DNA of 64,000 nucleotides from positions 160,001 to 224,000 of IMG/VR virus record IMGVR_UViG_3300037067_027616; one strand, given 5' to 3'. The stretch comes from a virus. Taxonomy: Duplodnaviria > Caudoviricetes. Under the pieces are notes generated by a model. It saw only the letters and a program-made list of their open reading frames with translations, did no database searches and was not told the origin of the DNA. Position numbers and translations under genes: made by a program. This document shows, in pieces, positions 46,072-54,321 of this stretch (position 1 is the stretch's first letter; each line of letters opens with the position of its first letter).

Positions 46072-46100
46072 AATATACCACAACCTGACAGGTTTGTCAA
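46072..46100 (-). promoter_or_regulatory. Promoter of tRNA block 4
   Basis: TTGACA-17-TATATT with extended TG. Confidence 0.88.
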
Positions 46101-46103
46101 TGG

Positions 46104-46667
46104 TCAATTCGTGAAATTTACAGGTTGCTTACCGGATCTTTTCAAACAAGCATCGTATAACTTTGCTGCCTGGAGTTCGTTAGCAAAAGTTCCTACTCTC
46201 TTATTGCGATATCTCACCACCCAAGGTTTGTTGATACTTCCGCTATAACTCACTCCGATGTATTTCGATATTGGAGTACCGACGTTTGAATATTGTTCGG
46301 CACGCACTTTAGTGCCCGGACTCCTTGAGAGATCTATGCCGTTCTGTGATCTGTTCCTTATCTTTTTGAAAACCTGAACAGGCTGCTGTGGCATACAGAG
46401 CGGTCTGGCAACAATGTTTTTTCCTACCCTTGCAGGATCGGCCGTCAGCTGGTCACTGACTTCTTCGAGGGGAGAATCTATGAGGGTTATATCGTGTGAG
46501 GTGTCCCCGAAGTACTTTGAGGTACATTCATCGATAGCTTTTTCCAAATAATCAATACTCCCCGCGAATTGGGCCAACTTGAATACTTCATTTACAAGCT
46601 CAAGGATCCTTTGGTTAATCGCAGGTTTCATCAATTCGAGGACGTCATCTGTAACGGTCTTTGTCAT
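46104..46667 (-). CDS. Protein with a C-terminal AP2-like DNA-binding domain
   Basis: SKYIGVS...W.......VGTF..E..AAK.YD. Confidence 0.65.
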   Translation of the reverse strand: MTKTVTDDVLELMKPAINQRILELVNEVFKLAQFAGSIDYLEKAIDECTSKYFGDTSHDITLIDSPLEEVSDQLTADPARVGKNIVARPLCMPQQPVQVFKKIRNRSQNGIDLSRSPGTKVRAEQYSNVGTPISKYIGVSYSGSINKPWVVRYRNKRVGTFANELQAAKLYDACLKRSGKQPVNFTN

Positions 46668-46708
46668 ATTGCTCTCCTTTTATTGTTTTTGATTTCAGAA
46701 ACGGTTTT

Positions 46709-47464
46709 CTATTCCTTTTTATCTTCAGGTATTAAGTCTTCCTTAATAAGCGCCCGGTGCCTGACCTGGCTGTCCAAATGCCACTTTCCTTCCCTGTTCG
46801 ACATGCGTAAAACTTCACAGTTGTAGGGGTTTCTGACGGTTTCATAGTATTCGACAGACCAATGAAACCAGCGCATGAGGAAAAGTCTCATCGTGAGTCC
46901 GTGCGTGACGATGAGGCAAACCCTGGGAAAATCCGGCTTATCGAAATCTCTCCAGAGTGTGTCCATGAAGGTGGACAAGCGGTCATAGACATCAGCCCCT
47001 GATTCTCCATCGGGGATCCTGTAGAAGAACGTGCCAAACTTGTCACGTTCTTCCTCGATCTTTTTTGAAACATCGGCGTCCTTGTAGTTTCCCCAATCCT
47101 GCTCGCGCAACCGCGGGTCGAACGTTTCGCTTGCGATGTGGACATAGTATGGTTTATGGAGTAAATCTTTTATTCTTCCTGTGTGCGTGTGAATACCATC
47201 GAACAAAAGCCTCCAGACGGTATGCCACGTTTGTTTGGTCCGCTCATATGGCGAGCAATATGCGGCGATTTCCGGCGGGTCGATGCCTTTGGGGAATTCG
47301 TGAACGAGATCGTCTTTGATGTAAATGCCTGCGGTAACAGCCTGCTGACGACCGAAATCGGTGAGAGGTATCTTCCAATCAGGGACGGTCTTCAAAAGAT
47401 CCCAATTCACGTTCGCTTCAGACTGACCGTGCCTTATGAGATATATGAATTTTGGAGGAGCCAT
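46709..47464 (-). CDS. Histidine phosphatase (phosphoglycerate mutase family)
   Basis: LIRHGQS, SPY.RT.QT, LREQDWG, GES..DV..R, VTHG. Confidence 0.9.
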   Translation of the reverse strand: MAPPKFIYLIRHGQSEANVNWDLLKTVPDWKIPLTDFGRQQAVTAGIYIKDDLVHEFPKGIDPPEIAAYCSPYERTKQTWHTVWRLLFDGIHTHTGRIKDLLHKPYYVHIASETFDPRLREQDWGNYKDADVSKKIEEERDKFGTFFYRIPDGESGADVYDRLSTFMDTLWRDFDKPDFPRVCLIVTHGLTMRLFLMRWFHWSVEYYETVRNPYNCEVLRMSNREGKWHLDSQVRHRALIKEDLIPEDKKE

Positions 47465-47482
47465 AGTGCCTCTTTTTTTATT

Positions 47483-47557
47483 TGGTATCCTCACCGGGAA
47501 TCGGACCCGGATCTAGAGTTTAGGAAACTCTTGTTCTGTCCGTTGAACTATGAGGAC
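47483..47557 (-). tRNA. tRNA-Arg(CCT)
   Basis: Loop TT-CCT-AA; atypical T loop TCCGATT; CCA. Confidence 0.88.
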
Positions 47558-47615
47558 ATAGTTGAATATACCATTTCGTAACCCTGATTTACAGCACTTT
47601 TCGAAGACATAAATG

Positions 47616-47691
47616 TGGTGCGGCAGCCGAGACTCGAACTCGGGGCATTCAGCTTGGGAAGCTGACATTCTACCAACTGAATTACTGCCGC
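47616..47691 (-). tRNA. tRNA-Gly(CCC)
   Basis: Loop TT-CCC-AA, CCA. Confidence 0.92.
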
Positions 47692-47696
47692 ATATT

Positions 47697-47771
47697 TGGA
47701 GCGCCAGCCGAGGCTCGAACTCGGGACCCCTACCATGGCAAGGTAGTATTCTACCACTGAACTACTGGCGC
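47697..47771 (-). tRNA. tRNA-Gly(GCC)
   Basis: Loop TT-GCC-AT, U73, CCA. Confidence 0.92.
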
Positions 47772-48189
47772 TTTCTGTTTTCATCAATGATTTTGTGCTC
47801 CCGCTCCCACCCGTCCACATATGTCTGTAACTGTTTTTCCACCCAATCGTGAACTTTCTGGGAAAAATCCACTCCATATTCTTTTTTAGCCTCTTCAAAT
47901 CCGACCCGCCACGCTTCCTTCTCAATGTCCGGTGTGTAGTATTCAACAGAAGATGCAAAGTCATCTGGCATGAGAGCGTGACCCAACTCATGGAAAAATG
48001 ACGCCACCTTCAACTCATCATCCTCATAAATCCCTAAATAAATTTTGGGGTGGCAGATGTAACTTTTGTTTTCGTATTCTTCAAGACCATTGGCACTGCA
48101 GTAATCGTCTCCAGGTACGACTTGAACAACCTCATATCCGTATTTGGCGGCTACTTTTTTGAAATCGGATAGTGCCCACGAAATTAAAA

Positions 48190-48265
48190 TGGAGCGGGAG
48201 ACGAGGCTCGAACTCGCGACCTTCAGATTGGAAATCTGAGACTCTACCAACTGAGTTACTCCCGC
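48190..48265 (-). tRNA. tRNA-Gly(TCC)
   Basis: Loop TT-TCC-AA, U73, CCA. Confidence 0.93.
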
Positions 48266-48278
48266 GTATTTTCATATC

Positions 48279-48356
48279 TGGTACGCCTGGCGAGACTCGA
48301 ACTCGCGACCCTCAGATTAGAAGTCTGATGCTCTGATCCAGCTGAGCTACAGGCGC
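48279..48356 (-). tRNA. tRNA-Arg(TCT)
   Basis: Loop CT-TCT-AA, CCA. Confidence 0.93.
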
Positions 48357-48361
48357 TCATG

Positions 48362-48868
48362 TTATCTCAACCCATACAAGTACAAAAGTGCCGCATACCC
48401 CGAGGGAAGTAACTGAAGAGGTTTGTCGACCTCCTTCGAGTACTTCACGGCCATCTCTAAAAAATACCGCGCGTGGAGCATCGCCTCTATCCATCTTCGC
48501 GGGTCTTTTTTAGGATCCAAGCCATCCTCCATAATTTCTTTGAACACGGAACATCGATTTTTCCAACCGTACTTGTATAGGCCTTCCAACTCCTTCAGCA
48601 CCTTGCGTGTCACAACCACCGCGGATCCAACTTTATAGGAACCGTGGTACAGCCTGTAAACTGTGTCCTCAATTTCCCAATGGCTGTTGATGTTTTCGAG
48701 AAGTTCCTCAAGTACCTTTTGTTTTTTATGGAGGTTCTTGATGAGAACGCGTTGCCCTTGGTCGTTGCTGCGCTTCTCCTTCATGGCAGCCGCGCTACTG
48801 TTGCGCAGACCTTTCTCACAGAATTTTTTGAAATCCTCGATGCTAATCTTTTTTGCTTTGTCATTCAT
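48362..48868 (-). CDS. Hypothetical protein
   Basis: YR.YH.S.KV...EA.LHARYFLEMAVKY...LPSG.AALLYLY.LR. Confidence 0.6.
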   Translation of the reverse strand: MNDKAKKISIEDFKKFCEKGLRNSSAAAMKEKRSNDQGQRVLIKNLHKKQKVLEELLENINSHWEIEDTVYRLYHGSYKVGSAVVVTRKVLKELEGLYKYGWKNRCSVFKEIMEDGLDPKKDPRRWIEAMLHARYFLEMAVKYSKEVDKPLQLLPSGYAALLYLYGLR

Positions 48869-49153
48869 GGAATTTTTGTTTCTCCGTGAGATTCGGAATC
48901 CATGTGCGGATCCTCGCAGAGTACAACGAATTCTCCAGTACCTTCGAGAGCCTCAAGTTCCAAATCATCGAAGTCATTCTCTTGGAAGTTCGTCCCGTCC
49001 CACCAACGGCACATGTACGTTATCCCGTGTTTTGTCACCAGTACTCCGCACACTCTGCCGTCCTGTTTTCCATCGACGATGTGTACCCTTTGGCCCGGGC
49101 TGAACTTTGATTTTACAACCATGTGGCTCCCCTGTGGTGTGTGGTGTATGGTG

Positions 49154-49227
49154 TGGGCCCACCAAGAGTCGAACTTGGGACAGGCGGATTATGAGACCGC
49201 TACTCTAACCAACTGAGTTATGGGCCC
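49154..49227 (-). tRNA. tRNA-Ile2(CAT), lysidine-type
   Basis: GGGCCCA acceptor, loop CT-CAT-AA; leader 5 carries three ATA codons; no encoded CCA. Confidence 0.8.
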
Positions 49228-49248
49228 GTTGATTCCTGCTCATACACC

Positions 49249-49277
49249 AATATACCATTCAGCGGGACACGTGTAAA
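49249..49277 (-). promoter_or_regulatory. Possible internal promoter in tRNA block 5
   Basis: TTTACA-17-TATATT with extended TG. Confidence 0.55.
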
Positions 49278-49303
49278 CTTGATACATTTGTGAAACAGGT
49301 ATG

Positions 49304-49377
49304 TAGCCCGGACGAGATTCGAACTCGTGATTTTCACAGTGAAAGTGTGATGGATTAGACCGCTACCCTACCGGGCC
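49304..49377 (-). tRNA. tRNA-Glu(TTC)
   Basis: Loop CT-TTC-AC; no encoded CCA. Confidence 0.9.
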
Positions 49378-49382
49378 ATACT

Positions 49383-50063
49383 TTATGCCAAATCACTTAT
49401 AAAGCCTTGATTATACCGCTTATATGATGTTCGTCTTCCGTTGGAGTGGTTCACGACCATGTCATCTCGCACCCGTATAGTACGGACCTTGTCACCCCGC
49501 ATACCACTTCCGACCTGCCCTCGCCTGGCATCATTCACGTTTCCGGTCACTTTTGACGTGAGCCTGTGGTGGATCCTCTGGCGCAACACGCTCATCGCTT
49601 GTTCCTTATTTTGGTGCTGGCTACGCTCCGATTCGCATCTCACAATAATGCCCGTCGGGATGTGCTTCACCTGTACGGCAGAATCCGTCACGTTTCGGTG
49701 TTGTCCGCCTTTTCCGGAACCGCGCGCTATTGAGATCTCTATGTCACTACACGGTATGTCCACCTTTACCCCGGGGATCTCTTCGAGGACGGCCACTGTG
49801 ATGGTGGAAGTCTGTACACGGCCGCGCTTCTCTGTCGGAGGTATCCTTTGCCACCTGTGACCGCCCGGCTCGTTCTCAAACGTTCTTGCGGCGTCTTCTC
49901 CCGATATTTTGATGCAGACGTAACCTGGTCGCATCTCCAGGACACGCATCTAATATCCCTTCAAAACGCACACCTTTCCATAAATCCTGAACTGATCTTC
50001 AACTAAAAGCTTTGCATCGTCTCCGCCTTCGGCGGCTCTGATTTCCACTATGATTGATTGCAT
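49383..50063 (-). CDS. Short RF1-like peptide chain release factor with in-frame TAG at codon 38
   Basis: GGAGG SD, MQSIIVEIRAAEGGDDAK...KGY*MRVLE..., E.G.HR.QRIPPTE..GRVQTS, GGQ, SQ..NK. Confidence 0.85.
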
Positions 50064-50199
50064 GGTACCCTCCGTTATAAAACGCCCTGGTGTTCCCTAC
50101 GTCCGTCCTGATAGCCCGGGCATCGGGGCATAGGAACGGTAACCTTTCGGTGAGACTTGTTCGCCGAAAGAAAACTCGGTTGCACCTTTTGGCTTATAT

Positions 50200-50277
50200 T
50201 GGTAGCCCGGATGAGGTTCGAACTCATGAGTCTCCGCCTTGAGAGGGCGGTGTCCTAGCCAATTAGACGACCGGGCC
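50200..50277 (-). tRNA. tRNA-Glu(CTC)
   Basis: Loop CT-CTC-AA, CCA. Confidence 0.93.
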
Positions 50278-50324
50278 TTACATTCAAAAGTGCTTTTGTC
50301 GTCAGCAGACTGTCAAAGATCAAC

Positions 50325-50359
50325 GAAAAAACCCCGCCAGGCTTGGCCTGACGGGGTTT
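50325..50359 (-). terminator. Attenuator terminator of tRNA block 5
   Basis: AAACCCCGTCAGGC-caa-GCCTGGCGGGG followed by TTTTTT. Confidence 0.88.
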
Positions 50360-50381
50360 GTGTATAAGTACAATACTCCCG

Positions 50382-50441
50382 TCAGGTGGGTATTCTTCCC
50401 TCCCTACCTTCTTCAGCTATTCTGACGGTTGCGTTTATCAT
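50382..50441 (-). CDS. Leader peptide 5 (MINATVRIAEEGREGRIPT), near-leaderless
   Basis: ATG about 10 nt from the -10 box; ATA/AGA/AGG/GAA/GAG/GGA/GGT cluster; antiterminator overlaps the TGA. Confidence 0.85.
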   Translation of the reverse strand: MINATVRIAEEGREGRIPT

Positions 50442-50450
50442 AGGATATTA

Positions 50451-50479
50451 AATATAACACAAAAAAACGGTGTTGTCAA
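50451..50479 (-). promoter_or_regulatory. Promoter of tRNA block 5
   Basis: TTGACA-17-TATATT with extended TG. Confidence 0.88.
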
Positions 50480-50949
50480 CCCTGTTCTTTTTTAGCGAGT
50501 CTCATGTGTTCTATCGAACTGGTCATGGTGTCTTTACCGCCCATCTCCGTTAGAAGGTACAAAAGAAGATTTTTCAAACGGAATTCGACATCCTCTTTCA
50601 TCTCGCGGACACCTTTTTTATACTTCTCCACAGACATCTTCAACTTTGGTACTTTGGCGGCCACGCTGTCGAGTATCCTCTCGAATTGGTCGAGAGCATT
50701 TTTAATGCTGTCTATTGGAACTTGGGCCTTGTCCCTATGTTCCATAATGACATCGTCTAAAGAAGGGGTATTCAAATCCCGGGGACTTGGGATAACATTG
50801 TACGGATGCTTTGCAGGATACACGGTGTTTGGAGAGTAAGCAGATTCGATGGTGTTAGATATCACATCGACATCCTCTGCCTCCTTGATCATTCCTAAAA
50901 ACTCGAGTCGTTCAGCAATGTCATCAAATGTCGCGATTACTTCTTTCAT
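50476..50949 (-). CDS. Repeat-motif protein
   Basis: FDDIAERLEFLGMIKEAEDVDVISNTIE. Confidence 0.7.
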   Translation of the reverse strand: MKEVIATFDDIAERLEFLGMIKEAEDVDVISNTIESAYSPNTVYPAKHPYNVIPSPRDLNTPSLDDVIMEHRDKAQVPIDSIKNALDQFERILDSVAAKVPKLKMSVEKYKKGVREMKEDVEFRLKNLLLYLLTEMGGKDTMTSSIEHMRLAKKEQG

Positions 50950-50956
50950 ACACCCC

Positions 50957-51862
50957 TCATTTTAGATACGTGTAATCTACCTGCTTGGACAGTTGTTCGC
51001 CTATCTCGATGTATTGGCTCATGTATTTGACCCCGTCCATGATGTCCATTTTAGGGTCAAGGTCGTATTTTTCAAGTCTTTGAAAGGTAAAATCTTGATA
51101 TTGCCCGGCTATTCCGGACAATATTTCTTCGTTAGTTCTGTCACATTGTCTACGTGCAAGTCCACCGTCCATGGGACTCATGAAATAGTAGAGTTGCCGG
51201 AGAGCATTGTAACTAGATGCCTCTTTATAGGACATGGAGAACGGGGACTCCCCGCATCCGAGGGACAACATGTGTACCTGTTCGTTTTTGAGCCAATCCA
51301 AGCGGCAGGCCTCTACGTAGGCCTCTACGGTCGGGCTGCTCATGTTACCGGTTCCTCCGTCAAGCCACACAGCGTTTCCTGCTTTGTCTTTGATGGATCC
51401 AAAATAATAAGGCGCGGCGTAGCTCCTGGACAAGGCTTCAAGTACAGTAAGTTCACCGTCTTTTTCTTCCCAAGACTTGAAGAAGTGTGTCCTTCCGTCC
51501 ACCATATTCACGCTGGTGCAGACAAAACGTGTTTCGCAATTCTTCATCCTGAACTCTCCGCCGACGTGATAACGTATGAGTTCGTCTAACGGCGTGCGGC
51601 TGTATTTATTTCCGATGAACGGTATGTGCGTTTGTGGAGTGAACACTTTAGGTATGGCCGACAGCAACAACGGGTAGAACGTTTCCATTCGGAGGGCGCC
51701 TGTGGATAGCACTCCGCCGATTATTGCACCCACGGAAGATCCCCAAACAAGGTCGAAAACCTCGTGTATTTCCTTGCCGAGGACGCGAACGATGTTGGAG
51801 AGTATCGTGGCAGCAATGGGACCCTTGGCGCCGCCGCCGTCTATTACCAAAATGCGCTTCAT
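50957..51862 (-). CDS. Patatin-like phospholipase
   Basis: DGGGAKG, GSSVG, AAPYYF, DGG. Confidence 0.9.
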   Translation of the reverse strand: MKRILVIDGGGAKGPIAATILSNIVRVLGKEIHEVFDLVWGSSVGAIIGGVLSTGALRMETFYPLLLSAIPKVFTPQTHIPFIGNKYSRTPLDELIRYHVGGEFRMKNCETRFVCTSVNMVDGRTHFFKSWEEKDGELTVLEALSRSYAAPYYFGSIKDKAGNAVWLDGGTGNMSSPTVEAYVEACRLDWLKNEQVHMLSLGCGESPFSMSYKEASSYNALRQLYYFMSPMDGGLARRQCDRTNEEILSGIAGQYQDFTFQRLEKYDLDPKMDIMDGVKYMSQYIEIGEQLSKQVDYTYLK

Positions 51863-51898
51863 ACCGAGTTAACGGTATGAAGAGAGCATTATGGTTTG

Positions 51899-52798
51899 TT
51901 AGGACGGGTCAAGACCGTTGATGTCGCTTCTTTCGATCGACAACGGGTTTTTTCTTTTGTATCCAGAAGTCTCGTGCCTTTTAACGACCTTATGATCTTC
52001 ATAGGATGCACGGAGTTTCAAAAATTCATTGTAAGACTCCGGTCTTCCATCGAACTTCAAAAAATCGTCCCAGGCGAACATGTCTTCGTCTTTGCAGAGC
52101 CATATTTTGAGGATGCGGTCGACTTCATCATAGGATTGTGCCCCGAACTGCTCCAAATCGGAGGATGTGATTCCGAGCCCGTCTGTAGGAACAGCGTGGA
52201 CACACTGCTCAAGTGCGGTTGCGGCATCCTCGGCGTGTTCGGTGCGTAGTGATTGCACGAGATACTTCGAAAGATCGTAAACCTCCGTCTTCCACAGATA
52301 TTGTATCATGCCATAGTCGCCGACGTCACCATGAAGCGTCCAGAACCCCAACTCATATTCGGAAAGATTGTCGGTAGACAGAACCAATCCTTTGTGTTTG
52401 CTTGCAAGGTCAAACAGTCTTATCATGCGGAGGCGCGCTTTCAAATTTCCCCGGCGAACTTTTCGCTCATGTGTGAGGTCACCAGGTTCATCGTCTTCCA
52501 TGAGTATTTTTACCATCGATGCAAAGTCGTTGCCAAAGTCGGCTTCTTTGAAGCTTGTGCAAAAGGCCTTTCCTACGGCCGCCGCGCGTTGTATTTCTTC
52601 ACTTTTATTCGTGGCTATGGTGATGCTTCTGCCGATGAGTTCCATACCATGATAGTCGCATACAGGTTTGGCCAATGCTGCGCACAAGGCACTGTCCAAT
52701 CCCCCGGACACACCGAGAACCAAAGAATTCAAATGGTTGGATGAAACATATTCCGACAGCGATTTCCGTAGACTCTCAACAACTTTAAGATGATCCAT
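51899..52798 (-). CDS. nadE: NH3-dependent NAD+ synthetase
   Basis: LGVSGGLDSA, GNLKARLRM, TDN.SE..LGF.TL.GD, KTEV, PTDGL. Confidence 0.92.
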   Translation of the reverse strand: MDHLKVVESLRKSLSEYVSSNHLNSLVLGVSGGLDSALCAALAKPVCDYHGMELIGRSITIATNKSEEIQRAAAVGKAFCTSFKEADFGNDFASMVKILMEDDEPGDLTHERKVRRGNLKARLRMIRLFDLASKHKGLVLSTDNLSEYELGFWTLHGDVGDYGMIQYLWKTEVYDLSKYLVQSLRTEHAEDAATALEQCVHAVPTDGLGITSSDLEQFGAQSYDEVDRILKIWLCKDEDMFAWDDFLKFDGRPESYNEFLKLRASYEDHKVVKRHETSGYKRKNPLSIERSDINGLDPS

Positions 52799-52818
52799 TT
52801 TATGTCCTTCCTGCAGGG

Positions 52819-54321
52819 TCAGTCAATGAGGATGCATTGATTTATCATATTCTGTCGTTTTTCGAAAAGATTTGGACTCAAGCCAACTTTAACCGTGTGA
52901 GGCTTGTCGATTCTCTTTTGTGTCCAATGTAACATGGCAATCTGCGACCGCACTCGTGCACGGACATCTTCAAGGGTGTCCATGAGATAGCCTTTATTTT
53001 GTGTCTGCCGCGGTTGAACATTCCAATGGCTTTCTATTTCCGTACTCTTATTGCCATCGTCCTGGTGTACAAACTTGTGTATCTCTTTAAGGTTTTCTTC
53101 TTTTCCATATATGAGGATCCCCTGCAGGAACCCGTCCTTGTCCACCAACGCGGCGGATCTGTTGGAACCGGGTATGCTTGTTTTGACCGGATTGTCCCGT
53201 GCCAATTTGATAACGCTCCGCTCGACATATCCTGCTTGCACAGAAGTAAGTTTGGCAACGCCGCCGATGCTCGGTTGATCCCAACATGTACCGGGTTTCG
53301 TTCCGCAAGCCCATACAAGGTTTTTGAGTATTTCATCAGGCTTGTATCCGAAACGCGCTGCGTTATCGCTTATCTGCTCGCGGATGGCCTGTATGGAATA
53401 TTCATCGAGGTCGTTCGTCATATAAATTTTGACATCTTGCAACCCGGCGGATTGCAACATCCGGTATCCTTCCATGGCCAAGTAGGCCAAGTCGCCACCA
53501 TCGAGGCGTATTCCCATCGTTCCTTTTGACCTGCGTATCTCATCGATGTTCTTGCTGAACGCCTTGATGGCATTTGGTATACCGGACGACAACGTGTCGA
53601 CAGTGTCCACAAGAAGTACAGGACGGCCAGGGTTGCATTGCAACCACAAGTCAAACGCTTTGAATTCATTGCCAAAACTCTGGATCCACTCGTGACCCAT
53701 GGTGCCCACGGTCGGGATATCAAACCACGATCTTATTTCTGAATTGCTGCTGATCGTGGCTCCGGCAAGATACGAATACAACGTGGTGCGCAAACAATCT
53801 TGCGCGCGCCGGCGTGCGAACTCCATAACCGATCCGACTTCCGTGGCGTTGACCACCCTCCGCCATTTCGTCATGGCGAGGCTCGGGTAATTCACGCACT
53901 CGAGGAGCATACCTTCCGCTATACGTACATCGAGAAGCGACCCCTCCAAGACAACCGCAGGCTCCCCCCCGAACATGAGGGAACCTTCGGGAAGGGCGTT
54001 TACGGTAACATTGACAGTCTTCCTCTCGATAAGGTACTTGATGAAGTCCTCACGGTATCCTTGCCCATGCAATATGTCACCTACATCGATGGAGAATTTA
54101 TACTCCGCCAGTAAGCGTTGGAACTCTGTAATTCCCCCCAAGATGGCGTAAGATCCTTCGAATGGCGCCTTTCGGATGAAGTACGTCTTCGATGCGGTAA
54201 GGTTATGCCTTTGCAGAAAGAAGTCCGACTGTGCCATCCGAGGATAGTAGTCATCCCACGGGCAAAGGCTTTTGCGAGCCATCGCGCTGAGTCCTTGGTA
54301 CAGATTCTTCTTGTCATGCAT
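52819..54321 (-). CDS. pncB: Nicotinate phosphoribosyltransferase
   Basis: R..PF, EFARRRAQ, GTMGH, LVDT.D, IRLD.GD, TNDLDE. Confidence 0.88.
   Translation of the reverse strand: MHDKKNLYQGLSAMARKSLCPWDDYYPRMAQSDFFLQRHNLTASKTYFIRKAPFEGSYAILGGITEFQRLLAEYKFSIDVGDILHGQGYREDFIKYLIERKTVNVTVNALPEGSLMFGGEPAVVLEGSLLDVRIAEGMLLECVNYPSLAMTKWRRVVNATEVGSVMEFARRRAQDCLRTTLYSYLAGATISSNSEIRSWFDIPTVGTMGHEWIQSFGNEFKAFDLWLQCNPGRPVLLVDTVDTLSSGIPNAIKAFSKNIDEIRRSKGTMGIRLDGGDLAYLAMEGYRMLQSAGLQDVKIYMTNDLDEYSIQAIREQISDNAARFGYKPDEILKNLVWACGTKPGTCWDQPSIGGVAKLTSVQAGYVERSVIKLARDNPVKTSIPGSNRSAALVDKDGFLQGILIYGKEENLKEIHKFVHQDDGNKSTEIESHWNVQPRQTQNKGYLMDTLEDVRARVRSQIAMLHWTQKRIDKPHTVKVGLSPNLFEKRQNMINQCILID

Noticed and set aside
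49940-49965. RF2-style +1 programmed frameshift
   Set aside because: The upstream and downstream RF segments are in the same frame and there is no CTT-TGA site. Read-through is what would be needed.
50957-51862. CBASS system suggested by the patatin
   Set aside because: No CD-NTase or Cap ancillary genes are adjacent. The NTase at 54735 is YcgL/RlaP-like.
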